64,000 nucleotides of DNA. Origin: an uncultured Chloroflexia bacterium (GTDB lineage Bacteria; Chloroflexota; Limnocylindria; Limnocylindrales; CSP1-4). Both the position numbers and the translations under genes were made by a program. Shown piece by piece: positions 35,751-46,049 of the stretch. Location of the stretch: assembly GCA_963768655.1 (NCBI GenBank), contig CAVYIM010000004.1, positions 244,761 through 308,760 on the forward strand, read 5' to 3'. Under the pieces are notes generated by a model, which worked only from the letters and a program-made list of their open reading frames with translations, did no database searches and was not told the DNA's origin. The number at the start of each line of letters is the position of its first letter. The first letter of the stretch is position 1.

Positions 35751-36615
35751 TGGTCCGTTCCTCCGCCAGACGGTCGATGGCCGTCTGGAGCGCCCGCCAT
35801 CCGAGCACGCGGAGCATCGCCAGGCGGTACTCCGGGCTGGCCCGCATCGATCGTTTGGATGGGCTGGCGCCCGCGAACATCCCTTCGAGGATGCGCGCCT
35901 TCGCCTCGTGGGCCGCCTTTGGATCCGCGAGCATGCCCGTCTCGTCGGCGAACAGAACCGGCCGCGGCCCCACGCTGCCGTAGGCCAGCCGCGTGGCGCC
36001 GCCTTCGTCGACCGAGCAGCAGAGCGTGACCGAGGCCAGGTCGTGGCCTCGCCTCCGGGCCCGGCGGAGGTGGACCGCGCCGGTGCGGTGGGTCGGAACC
36101 GGCAGCTCGATCCCGGTCACCAGCTCACCGCGGGCCAGCGTCGTCACTCCGGACTCGACGAAGAACTCGTTGATGGGGATGCGCCGCGTTCCACGCGGGC
36201 CTGCGGCAACCACGGAGGCCCCGTAGACCAGCAGCGGCGGGGCGGTGTCGGCGGCCGGTGACGCGTTGCAGATGTTGCCGGCCAGCGTGGCCCGGTTGCG
36301 GATCTGGACCGAGCCGACGATCGCCGCCGCCTCGCCCAGGGCGCGGAAATGGCGTCGTACGAGCGGGCTGTCGGCCACGTCCGCCATCACGGTCGCAGCG
36401 CCGATCGTCACGACGCCGGCCTCCTCGCGGATCCCCGAACACAGGTCGGCGATCCGCTTGACGTCGATCACCACGGTCGGCTTCTCCGCGCCGCTGCGCA
36501 GACCGATGACGAGGTCGGTGCCGCCCGCCAGAAGGCGCGCGTCGGAGCCGTGCGCATCCAGCAGAGATACGGCCTCGGCCACCGTTGTCGGCCTCTTGTA
36601 GGCGAACGTCTGCAT
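35743..36615 (-). CDS. FAD-binding medium subunit (CoxM-like)
   Basis: MQTFAYKRPTTVAEAVSLL...LLAGGTDL FAD-binding motif. GGAGG RBS before the ATG at 36615. Confidence 0.8.
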   Translation of the reverse strand: MQTFAYKRPTTVAEAVSLLDAHGSDARLLAGGTDLVIGLRSGAEKPTVVIDVKRIADLCSGIREEAGVVTIGAATVMADVADSPLVRRHFRALGEAAAIVGSVQIRNRATLAGNICNASPAADTAPPLLVYGASVVAAGPRGTRRIPINEFFVESGVTTLARGELVTGIELPVPTHRTGAVHLRRARRRGHDLASVTLCCSVDEGGATRLAYGSVGPRPVLFADETGMLADPKAAHEAKARILEGMFAGASPSKRSMRASPEYRLAMLRVLGWRALQTAIDRLAEERTNG

Positions 36616-36635
36616 GGTTTCGGAACCTCCGCGGC

Positions 36636-37523
36636 TCAGAGGACCTTGTCGACCTCGTCGAGCAGCACCTGCGGGTTGGCTGCCCGGACGAAGTAGTAGG
36701 GGCGGTCCGAGAACTTGGTGACCCACTTCGCGCGTTCGCGCCGCAGAGGCTCCGTGTCGACCATCGGCATGGGCCAGTCCGCGGCAAGAAGCTCATTGAG
36801 CAGGAAGTAGTTCTGGAGCGAATGGAGCGTCTGGAACTGGCGCTCGAACGGGATCATCTCGCCCAGGCTCGGATCGAAGTTGCCGTCGATGGCGGGCACG
36901 ACCACGACGTCGACGTTGCTCGGCTCCGTGTAGAGCTCCCACGTGGGCATGCCGCCGAAGAACTTGGCGACGCCGGCCTCGGGGGCCGCCTTGTCGGCGC
37001 GCTCGGTGCCCTCGGTGCGCTTCTTGATGAACGGCTCCTTGGAACCCTTCACCGCGCGTCCCGACGTGTCGACGACGGTCGTCTCGGTGGAGACCAGCAG
37101 CGCGCCGCGCCGGCAGGCCTCGATCTGACCCATGCTCTTGCCGTGGTTCGATTCGCCGCCGAGGAACATCACGGTCTTGCCGTGATAGCGCACCGCGGAG
37201 GCATGGAACGGGTGCAGCCCGGTCGCCTCCATGCGCAGGGCGAGCAGCGCGACGACGACCTTCTGGATCGGACCGGCCGGCCAGGGGCCGTTGAACGTCA
37301 TCGTCCGGCCGTCGTAGGAGATCGACTTGTCGCCATCCTGGAGCCAGACGATGTCGGGCTTCGGCAGGGTCACCTCGGGCGAGATGCGCACGTCGGCGAG
37401 CCGGTAGTTGAGGAAGTTCAGGTCCTCGAGGACGTGCTCGCGGGGCTGACTCCCGTACACGTCCACCCGCAGCCGCGCGGTCTCGGCGGACATCTCCTCC
37501 GACAGTTGCAGTTGCTCGTTCAT
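36636..37523 (-). CDS. Hypothetical protein with a P-loop-like motif (FLGGESNHGKS); possibly HprK-like kinase fold
   Basis: The GxSxxGKS-like Walker A resembles the HPr kinase family. It is the first gene of the minus-strand operon, 21 bp upstream of coxM. Confidence 0.3.
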   Translation of the reverse strand: MNEQLQLSEEMSAETARLRVDVYGSQPREHVLEDLNFLNYRLADVRISPEVTLPKPDIVWLQDGDKSISYDGRTMTFNGPWPAGPIQKVVVALLALRMEATGLHPFHASAVRYHGKTVMFLGGESNHGKSMGQIEACRRGALLVSTETTVVDTSGRAVKGSKEPFIKKRTEGTERADKAAPEAGVAKFFGGMPTWELYTEPSNVDVVVVPAIDGNFDPSLGEMIPFERQFQTLHSLQNYFLLNELLAADWPMPMVDTEPLRRERAKWVTKFSDRPYYFVRAANPQVLLDEVDKVL

Positions 37524-37823
37524 GGTCTCCTTCCGCTGGCGGCCCGTGCCGCCTTCGCATCAGTGCCCGGGTTCGATCCGATCGGCCTCGGTCCGGGTGG
37601 TCTGGGCTGTTGTGGCGGAGTCGCGCCAGACGTCGTCGGGCGGCGACGTGAGTCCACGGACGGCGTCCGCGTCCAGGACTCAGGCCTGGCTTTGTTGGCG
37701 CGCGATCTCCGCGCTCGTGGCGCGGCCGTCCGATTTGGCGACGGCATCGACGCAACCGTCAGCCGATGGTCGGCTTCGGCGCCTCCCAGGGGAGGCCTGC
37801 TCGGATCGAGGACGACCGCTTCG

Positions 37824-38495
37824 TCAGATGCCGACGGCTCGTCGACCCACGTCTCGCGGAACATGTCGCCGGCCGCCTTGAAATGGAGGTGGTATGCCGC
37901 CGCGGCCAGGTCGGGATCGCGGCTGCGAAGGGCCGTCAGAATCGGGACGTGGAGGTCGGCGATATGGCGTCGGGTTCACGCCGGGGACTACAAGGGTGAT
38001 GTACGTTCGGGAGAGCGGCTCAAGATGCCGCCAGACCCGCTCCAAAGTCTTGTTGCGAGCTATTTGGATGACGCGGGCATGGAAGGCGACGTCGATCACG
38101 GCCTCGGTGTGGGTGTCGCCCGCATCGGCCGCTCGCTGCATCTCTTCCACGTAGCCCTGAAGCTCTTCGAGGTCCGCGTCCGACATCCGGGGCAGGGCGA
38201 GCCGCGCGCCGAGGGACTCGAGCTCGGCCCGAATCTCATACGCCTCGAGCAGCTCGGACTTGCTCGGATGCCGAACGCGAGCCCCGCGGAATGCCGAAAT
38301 CTCGACGATCCCGAGCGCCTCGAGGTCGCGCAGAGCTTCTCGCACGGGAGCCTGGCTCGTGCCAAGCTCCCGTGCGACTCGGGTTTCCACGATTCGAGAG
38401 CCCGGAGGGTAGCCGCCGGCCAGAATCTCCTGCAGCAGGCGATCCTTGACTTGATCGCTCAGGGGGCTGCGTGAGATCTGGAGGTCCGGCGACAT
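37824..38495 (-). pseudogene. GntR-family (FadR/FCD subfamily) transcriptional regulator with an apparent frameshift in the FCD domain
   Basis: N-terminal wHTH (RIVETRVARELGTSQAPVREALRDLEALGIV) and FCD helices in the listed ORF. Typical FCD C-terminal helices (RRHIADLHVPILTALRSRDPDLAAAAYHLHF) continue in another minus-strand frame from about 37980. Confidence 0.55.
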
Positions 38496-38519
38496 CTGTT
38501 CTCTCCGGTCAGAGGGTCT

Positions 38520-40353
38520 CTACTTGATCTTCGCCGGCGCGTCGGACTGGGTAGACGTCAGGACCTTGCCCAGGATCTCGACGACACCGGTGGTGCCGTT
38601 TACGCGGATCCGGTCGCCGCTCTTGATGTCGCGGGTGGCAACCGACGTGCCGACCACGGCCGGGATGCCAAACTCGCGGGCCGTGACAGCCGGGTGGGCT
38701 ACGGTGCCGCCCGCGTCGGTCACGACGCCGACGATCTTGGTGAAGACGGTCACCCAGGCCGGGTTGGTCATCTGGCAAACGAGGATATCGCCCGACTTGA
38801 CCTGGTCGAACTGTTCGACCGTGTCAACGACTCGCGCGGTGCCTTCGACGACGCCTGGCGAGCCCGCGATGCCGGTGATCTGACCCTTGACCGTGGACTC
38901 CTTGCGGTGGAACTTCTCCGGGAAGCCCCACAGGTTCAGGTACGGGAAGGCCAGCTGGGTGGGCGTGCAGGTGCCGATCCATTCCTTCGGCCGGATTGTC
39001 TCGGCCTTCGCGTCCGCCGCCTTCCGCGCCTTCACGATCGCCCGGCCGTCCATTGCGGCGGGGTTGCCCATGAAGACCCGGAACTCGTTGTACTTGAAGA
39101 AAACGACGTCCTCGGCGGAGTCGAGGGCGCCCATCTCAACCAGCTTCTGGCCGCACAGGATCAACGCCATGCGCAGGTGGGCGTTGGCGCCCTGGTCGAT
39201 GTAGAAGTGGTGGTCCGGGGTGAGCGGGGCCATCTTGAGGTTGATGTCGTTGGCGGCCTTCATCTCGGCGAGAGCATCGCCGCTGAGGCCTTCGAGGATC
39301 TCCTTTGAGGCCGCAGCGATGTCGACCTGCGAGCTTCTTGACCGTGCTCGGGTAATCGTAGTTGTTCTCGATGTAGCTACGCACGAGCCCGATGACCGGC
39401 TCCATGTGCTCGCGTACGGAGGGGAACCTGAACTCGTGACTCCAGACGGCGTGCCAGCCGAATTCCTTCTGGTACGGCACGACCCGCTCGTCGATGAACT
39501 TCTTGCCGCGCGGCGTCTTCTTGAGGGCGGCGATGATCTCGCCTGCCGTCTCGTGCTTGAAGGCGGCGGCCAGGTCCTTGTCGGCCTTGGCCTCTTCCTT
39601 CATCTTCCAGAGGGCCTCGATCGAGTCCCAGTTGCGGTCGGCGGCGGAGTTCTGGAGACGGCCCAGGATGGCCTCGCCCTTCTGGTCGATCTTGCCATGG
39701 GTCTTCTCCATGACCGCCCGCAGGTTGAGGGTCGCGGAGAGCTGGGCGAAGTTGAGCATCCAGTGGATCTTCCAGTGCCGGTCGTGGATGTCGATGGCAT
39801 CCTCGAGCAGGCAGGCCAGCTGGGCCAGGTTCATCTTGGGGGCCTGGTCGAACTTGTCTTCCAGGTACTTGAAGTTGTGCTCCATCTCCGGGCGCAGGCG
39901 GTCCTTCCACCAGGTCGCGAACTCGTCGCCGTAGGTGGGGAGGACGAAGCCTAGATAAGCCCCGATCTTGGCCGCGTAGTCGGCTTCCTGGGGCACGATC
40001 GGGGTCGTGGTGTAGCCGTACTCGCAGTCGGCGAAGGTGACCAGGCCGGCCTGGGCCGGGATGGCCGCCGTGTACAGGTAGCCGTTGACTATCTTGGCGA
40101 TCCAGTCCGTGGCGAACGGCGTGCCGAAGCGCCGGAACATGTGATCGCAGCTCAACCACCACCCGCCGATGTCGTAGTACATCGGGCTGATAGGGTGGGG
40201 GCAGTGCAGGTCGTCGTAGACCCAGAAGAGTTCCTTCTCGGTCTCGGACTCCCACTTGATCGGGAAGTCCTTGTCGCCGAGGAACTGTCCCGTAATCTCT
40301 TCGCCCGGGCCGACCAACTTGGTGGTCAGTTTCTTGGCTTCCGCCATTGCCAT
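38520..40353 (-). pseudogene. PEP-utilising-enzyme family protein (~610 aa). Unknown N-terminal domain plus C-terminal mobile phosphohistidine domain. Apparent frameshift near 39300.
   Basis: ORFs 39136-40353 and 38520-39263 overlap in different frames. The second carries the PEP-utilizers mobile-domain motif GSPGVVEGTARVV...TNPAWVTVFTKIVGVVTDAGGTVAHPAVTAREFGIPAVVG. The two reading frames meet around gtcaagaagctcgcaggtcgacatc. Confidence 0.55.
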
Positions 40354-40668
40354 TGCCTCCAGATAAGGCGTGTACGTGACGTCGGCATCGCCATTGCGGC
40401 GCAGACTCAGGTCGCAATCGCTACCGTTTCGGTTGGCAGGTACTCAGTGGACTGAACGCCACTCCTGGCTGCCGGTCACTTTCCTCAGCGGACGGGCGCC
40501 CGTGGATTGACCGGGCCCGGAGGATCTTCTCGCCGTGACGGGCGGCGAGGATCCATTGCTGACGGTGAAGGGTGCGACGGGCTCACGAGCCCGCCAACCA
40601 GATTTCGAGCGGCGCTGAACACGAAGGACGCGAGACACGACGGGTTGAGTGGACTCCGGGTGAGCCGG

Positions 40669-41295
40669 TTACGCCTTCTTCACCTGGCGCGGGAACAGGA
40701 TCACAACGTTGAACCAGCCGAGGAAAGCGCCGAGGAGTCCGCCCATGATGGCGGCGATTGCCGAGAATGCGATGTTCCAGTAGAGAGCCACGTCGGAGCT
40801 GAAACCGAAGTCGTTGAACCAGCCCAACGCCGCTCCGCTAACGACACTCCCGGTGAAGAACACGCCGAGGAACACCGAGACGCCGTTGAAGAACGGCAGC
40901 GTGTTGGCGCCATTAACCACGGGCATGAACTTCATGGCATAGATCAGGACGCAGAAGCCCACGAAGAACGCGATGTAGAGCGCGGTGTTGTCGTTGGTCA
41001 GCGTCTGCAGGCCGAAGTTCAGGACGGTACCTGAGCCGAAGGCCTTGCTGAGCACCGCGTAGAACTCGCAGATGAGGGCCCCGCCGACCACGCCGAGGAT
41101 GTACGCCGGCACCATCCCCTTGAGAACCGAAGGCTTGGCGCCGAGGGCGAAGTACTCCGCCCACACGATGAACGCTGCCCACAGTGGGAAGTTGAGCTTG
41201 CCGAGCCAGATCCCGAAGGGCAGGCTTACAACGACCGTGATGGCGATTGCCAGCCATAGCGGGATCGTGTTCTTGGTCTCTGTCTCTGTCGCCAC
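40669..41295 (-). CDS. DUF1097-family integral membrane protein
   Basis: Multiple TM segments (IPLWLAIAITVVVSLPFGIW...). Probable GTG start at 41295 (VATETETKN) after a GGAGATGGAGG RBS. Confidence 0.55.
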   Translation of the reverse strand: MATETETKNTIPLWLAIAITVVVSLPFGIWLGKLNFPLWAAFIVWAEYFALGAKPSVLKGMVPAYILGVVGGALICEFYAVLSKAFGSGTVLNFGLQTLTNDNTALYIAFFVGFCVLIYAMKFMPVVNGANTLPFFNGVSVFLGVFFTGSVVSGAALGWFNDFGFSSDVALYWNIAFSAIAAIMGGLLGAFLGWFNVVILFPRQVKKA

Positions 41296-41308
41296 ACTGA
41301 ACCTCCAT

Positions 41309-41390
41309 CTCCTGCCAGCCAAGCGGCTGGTCAGCCAGCAACGCTCGTGCTCCTGCCAGCCAAGCGGCTGGTCAGCCAGCAACGCTCACG
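41309..41390. repeat. Tandem 41-bp direct repeat (2 copies). Each copy contains the inverted repeat CCAGCC-aagc-GGCTGG followed by tcagccagc.
   Basis: ctcctgccagccaagcggctggtcagccagcaacgctc(g/a)(t/c)g repeated back-to-back in the divergent region between the DUF1097 gene and the transaldolase gene. Confidence 0.8.
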
Positions 41391-41587
41391 CAGGTCGGGC
41401 CAAACGGGAGCGCAACGCCCGCTCCGCCGCGAGGGAGCAGCGGGTGCCGTCAGGCGCTCGACGAAGACCTCCTGCCGGGGTCGAACAATCGAGCCCGAGT
41501 TCCGGACAATCAAGTGCCGTTCGGCACTTTTCATCGATCATCGATTATTGATGCTCTATGAGTATCCATGAACTGGAGGCTGGAGGC

Positions 41588-42682
41588 ATGCCCGTGACGT
41601 CGGCCGACTGTCCGTTGCTTCGCACGGCACGGCTCGGCCCAACCGACTACTGGAACGACTCGTGCGCGGTCGAGGAGCTGGCGTACGCCATCGAGCGCGG
41701 CGCCACCGGCGCCACCTCGAACCCGCCAATCGTCCTGGAAGTGCTCGGCAAGGAGAAGGCGCACTGGGTCCCGCGCGTCCGCCAGCTGGCCGCAGAGAAC
41801 CCGACCTGGTCCGAGGTGGAGCTGACCTGGGCGGTCATCGAGGAGATGGCCGTCCGGGGAGCATCGCTGCTCGCCCCGATCCACGCCCAGACATCAGGCC
41901 GCAAGGGTCGGCTGTCGGTCCAGGCTAACCCGGCTAACTACCGCGACCCTGCGCGAATGGTCGAGCAGGCCATCCACATCGCCGGCCTGGCCCCCAACCT
42001 CCACGTCAAGCTGCCGGCGACCTCGGCCGGCATGGTCGCCATCGAAGAGGCCACGGCCCGCGGGGTCAGCATCAACGCGACGGTCTCGTTCACCGTTCCG
42101 CAGGCCCTCGCGGCGGCCGAGGCGGTGGAGCGCGGGCTGAACCGGCTGGCGGCTGCCGGGGGCGATCCGGGGAAGCTGGTCCCGATCGTGACCATCATGA
42201 TCGGCCGCCTCGACGACTGGCTGAAGGTCGTCGTCGATCGCGACGGCCTGTCCGTCAACCCGGCCGCGCTGGACTGGGCCGGGATCGCCGCCTTCAAGCG
42301 GACATACGGTATCTTCAAGGAACGCGGATACCGCAGCCACATGCTGGCCGCGGCCTTCCGCCACCACCTCCACTGGACCGAGCTCATCGGCGGAGACGTC
42401 AGCCTGACGATCCCGTACGCCTGGCAGGTCCGCTTCAACGCAAGCGGCATCGACCCGGTCTCGCGCATGGACGAACCGGTCGACCCGGCAATTCTCGCCG
42501 AGCTCTGCGCCAAGCTTCCCGATTTCCGGCGCGCCTTCGAGCCCGACGGGCTGACCCCGGCCGAGTTCGACAGCTACGGCGCCACCGTCCGCACCCTGCG
42601 CGGCTTCATCAAGGCCTACCACGACGTGCAGGCCGCGATCCGCGACATCGTTCTTCCGAACCCCGACGTGCGGACCCTCTGA
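41588..42682 (+). CDS. Transaldolase-family protein
   Basis: GATGATSNPPIV...KLPAT is the transaldolase signature. GGAGG RBS before the ATG at 41588. Confidence 0.75.
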   Translation: MPVTSADCPLLRTARLGPTDYWNDSCAVEELAYAIERGATGATSNPPIVLEVLGKEKAHWVPRVRQLAAENPTWSEVELTWAVIEEMAVRGASLLAPIHAQTSGRKGRLSVQANPANYRDPARMVEQAIHIAGLAPNLHVKLPATSAGMVAIEEATARGVSINATVSFTVPQALAAAEAVERGLNRLAAAGGDPGKLVPIVTIMIGRLDDWLKVVVDRDGLSVNPAALDWAGIAAFKRTYGIFKERGYRSHMLAAAFRHHLHWTELIGGDVSLTIPYAWQVRFNASGIDPVSRMDEPVDPAILAELCAKLPDFRRAFEPDGLTPAEFDSYGATVRTLRGFIKAYHDVQAAIRDIVLPNPDVRTL

Positions 42683-42716
42683 GGCCGCCGCAACAGCACT
42701 CACGGAGGCACCCATC

Positions 42717-44250
42717 GTGACCACGAAGGTACCCGACTCGGTCGGCCGCGCAGATCCACCCATCCTGAGCCATTGGATAGACGGCCGTCCGGTCGAGGTC
42801 CTTGCCGAGCACACCGGGCCCGTCCACGATCCTTCGACCGGTGCCGTGATCGCCAGGGTTCCGCGCGGGGGAGCGGCCGAGGTCGACGCGGCCGTCACCG
42901 CCGCCCGGCGGGCATTCCCGGGCTGGCGCGACACGCCGCTCATCACTCGCAGCCAGATCTTCTTCGCCTACCGCGCCCTGGTCTACGGCCACCGTGAGGA
43001 GCTGGCGGCCCTGATCACGCGCGATCACGGCAAGACCTTCCCCGACGCCCTGTCCGAGGTCGTGCGCGGCCTGGAGACTGTCGAATTCGCCTGCGGGCTG
43101 CCGGTCCACCTGGCCGGCCTGAACACTCCGAACGTCTCGACGCGGGTCGATGCCCACACCCTGCGGGAACCCCTGGGCGTGGCCGCCGGCATCACGCCCT
43201 TCAACTTCCCGGCGATGGTCCCGATGTGGATCTACCCGATCGCCCTCATGACCGGCAACACCTTCGTCTGGAAGCCCTCCAGTCACACGCCCGGCGCCAC
43301 GCAGCTCCAGGCCGAGCTGTGGAAGGAGGCCGGGCTGCCGGACGGCGTGTTCAACGTCGTTTACGGCGGACGCGAGGCTGTCGATGCCATCCTGGAGCAC
43401 CCCGGCATCAATGCCATCCAGTTCGTCGGCTCCACCCCCGTCGGGCGGCACGTGTTCGAGACCGGCACCCGCAACGGCAAGCGTGTCGGCGCCTACACTG
43501 CTGCCAAGAACGCGATGATCGTCCTGCCGGACGCCGACATGGAGCTGGCCGCGGACTCGGCCGTCGCCGCGGGCTACGGCTCGGCCGGCGAGCGTTGCAT
43601 GGCCCAGACCCTCGTCCTGGCCGTTGGCGACGCCGGGGATCGCCTGCGGCCGATGATCGAGGAGCGGATCGGCAAGCTCAAGATCGGCCCCGGCATGGAG
43701 CCGGGCGTCGACATGGGCCCGATCTACTCGGCCGAGCACCGCGCCTCTGATCATCGAGTGGATCGACAAGGGCGTGGCCGAAGGAGCCGAGCTGGTCGCG
43801 GACGGGCGGCCCTTCCATCATCCCGAGCATCCGGACGGCTACTTCCTGGGCGTGACTCTCTTCGATCACGTGACACCGGCGATGGAGATCTACAAGGAGG
43901 AGATCTTCGGCCCGGTGCTGGGCGTCGTCCGGACGAAGACCTTCGACGAGGCGGTCGGGCTCATCAACGCCCACCAGTACGGCAACGGCACCGCCATCTT
44001 CACTACCGACGGCGGCGCAGCCCGCCGCTTCGAGCTCGAGGTCGACGTGCCGATGATCGGCATCAACGTGCCGATCCCGGTGCCGGCCGGCTATCTCTCC
44101 TTCGGCGGGACGCGCGGGTCCGCCTTCGCGGACCTGCAGATGCGGGGCGAGGACTCGATCCGCTTCTTCACCAAGCAGAAAGAAGTGACCGTCCGCTGGC
44201 CCGAGCCCGGCAAGCGCGGCGCGCTGAGCCTCGTATTCCCCGGCAACTGA
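42717..44250 (+). pseudogene. mmsA: Methylmalonate-semialdehyde dehydrogenase (CoA-acylating) MmsA/IolA with an apparent frameshift near 43745
   Basis: GITPFNFPAMVPMWIYPIALMTGNTFVWKPS and GERCMA motifs in the first frame. The correct C-terminus (LIIEWIDKGVAEGAELVADGRPF...EEIFGPVLGVV...) is in ORF 43774-44250 in a different frame. The lesion is at cgcgcctctgatcatcgag. Confidence 0.6.
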
Positions 44251-44296
44251 CCATCTGCCGCCCGTCGCCGGCGATCGGAAGATTGGAGTGAGAGCA

Positions 44297-45082
44297 ATGA
44301 ACCCACTGGACGCCTTCCGGCTGGACGGCCGCGTGGCTTTCGTCTCGGGCGGTGGCGGCGCGATCGGCTCGGCCCTGGCCGTCGTGCTGGGCAGCGCCGG
44401 CGCAAAGGTGGCCGTCTCGGACATCGACCAGGCCCGTGTTGACGCCGCTGCCGACCGGGTCCGCGCTGCAGGTGCCGAGTGCATTGCCCTGGTCGCGGAC
44501 ATCACCCGTGAGACGGAGGCCGAACGGGTGGTGGCCGCCATCGTGGAGCGGTTCGGACGGCTGGACATCATCGTCAACGCGGTTGGCGGCGGCGCGGGCA
44601 AGGTCCTGTTCGATGCCCAGGAGTATCCCCGAGACGCCTGGGATTGGATCATGGAGATCAACCTGCGGAGCACCCTGGTGGCCACGCAGGCGGCCGTGAA
44701 GGCAATGGTCCAGGGCGGCCGCGGCGGGCGGGTCGTCAACATCAGTTCGGTCCGGGCGCAGCTCGGGATCAACTCCGGCTACTCAGCCTACGTCGCCGCC
44801 AAGGGAGCGGTCAGCTCGCTGACGCGCCAGTGGGCCACCGAGTGGGCCAAGCACGGCATCAACGTCAACGCCATCGCCCCGACCTTCGTCGACACACCTC
44901 AGGTGGCGATGCTGCTCGGCGACCCGGCCTTCAAGTCGAGCCTCGTCAGCCGGGTCCCGCTCGGTCGAGTCGGCGAGACGAGCGATCTCGTCGGGGCCGT
45001 CCTCTTCTTCGCCTCCGATGCCTCCTCGTTCGTGACCGGCCAGATCCTCACGATCGACGGCGGCCTGACCGCAACGCAGTAG
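44297..45082 (+). CDS. SDR-family oxidoreductase
   Basis: Rossmann VAFVSGGGGAIG, NAVG, and catalytic YSAYVAAK. Confidence 0.8.
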   Translation: MNPLDAFRLDGRVAFVSGGGGAIGSALAVVLGSAGAKVAVSDIDQARVDAAADRVRAAGAECIALVADITRETEAERVVAAIVERFGRLDIIVNAVGGGAGKVLFDAQEYPRDAWDWIMEINLRSTLVATQAAVKAMVQGGRGGRVVNISSVRAQLGINSGYSAYVAAKGAVSSLTRQWATEWAKHGINVNAIAPTFVDTPQVAMLLGDPAFKSSLVSRVPLGRVGETSDLVGAVLFFASDASSFVTGQILTIDGGLTATQ

Positions 45083-45102
45083 TCGACAAGGGGAGCACGT
45101 CG

Positions 45103-45999
45103 ATGGAGCAGGTGACGCCCAACATCTTCACGGAAACCAGGCTGCGCGGCTGCAACCCGAGCTTTGTCACGACGTCCGAAGGTGTCGTCGTGATCGACAC
45201 TCCCCAGCTGCCGACGAAAGCCGTCGCGATGCGCAAGGAGGCGGAATCCCACGGCCCGATCCGCTACATCATCAACACCGAGCATCACGTCGACCACATC
45301 TTCGGCAACTACTATTTCAAGGGCGCGGGCACGGTCGTCAACCACCAGGGCGTCTACGACAACTTCATGGTCGTCTACCCCGAACTGGACCCCTTCGCCT
45401 ACGCGTACGAGGCCCTTCCGACGCCGGCCGGCAAGGGCACCGATCTCGACGATCCCGCGGGTGTCGCGCTGTGGCCGGACCGGGACGAGTACTACGCCGA
45501 CCCAAACAAGGGCACCGTCGTCTTCACCGGAGACCTGACGCTCCACGTCGGCGACCACACGTTCCATTGCCTCCACACCCCGGGCCACACCCCCGGCCAG
45601 CTCGCGGTCCACGTCCCGGAGGAGCGCACGGTATTCACCGGCGACACGATCTTCTCCGAGTGCCAGACCTGGCTCATGACGTCGAACGTGGACCAGTGGA
45701 TCGCATCCCTGGACCGCATCCGCTCCCTCGATGTCGATCGCGTCGTCCCCGGACACGGCCCGATCACCACGAAGGCCTACGTGGACACTCAACGGGCGAC
45801 GCTGATGGAGTGGAAGACGGCCGTGGCGCTGGCTGTGGCCAAAGGCTGGTCTCGCGAGGAGACGGTGGCTCGGGTCAACTTTGCGGATCGTTGCCCGGTC
45901 GACATCGGCCAGGGCTACATGATGAGTTACATCCAGACGCTGAATGCCGGATCGCTGTGGGACAAGCTGACCGCCGTCCCGGCTGCGTCGGCGCGTTGA
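45103..45999 (+). CDS. MBL-fold metallo-hydrolase
   Basis: HHVDH motif (INTEHHVDHIFGN), HTPGHTPG, and PGHGP. Confidence 0.75.
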   Translation: MEQVTPNIFTETRLRGCNPSFVTTSEGVVVIDTPQLPTKAVAMRKEAESHGPIRYIINTEHHVDHIFGNYYFKGAGTVVNHQGVYDNFMVVYPELDPFAYAYEALPTPAGKGTDLDDPAGVALWPDRDEYYADPNKGTVVFTGDLTLHVGDHTFHCLHTPGHTPGQLAVHVPEERTVFTGDTIFSECQTWLMTSNVDQWIASLDRIRSLDVDRVVPGHGPITTKAYVDTQRATLMEWKTAVALAVAKGWSREETVARVNFADRCPVDIGQGYMMSYIQTLNAGSLWDKLTAVPAASAR

Positions 46000-46049
46000 C
46001 TGCCGTCCGTGGCGCGACAGCTCCCGCATCCAAGGAGAGTGACACCCCC

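Noticed and set aside
41309-41390. Possible CRISPR array
   Set aside because: There are only two directly abutting 41-bp copies with no spacers and no cas genes in the window. It is a tandem duplication, not a CRISPR array.
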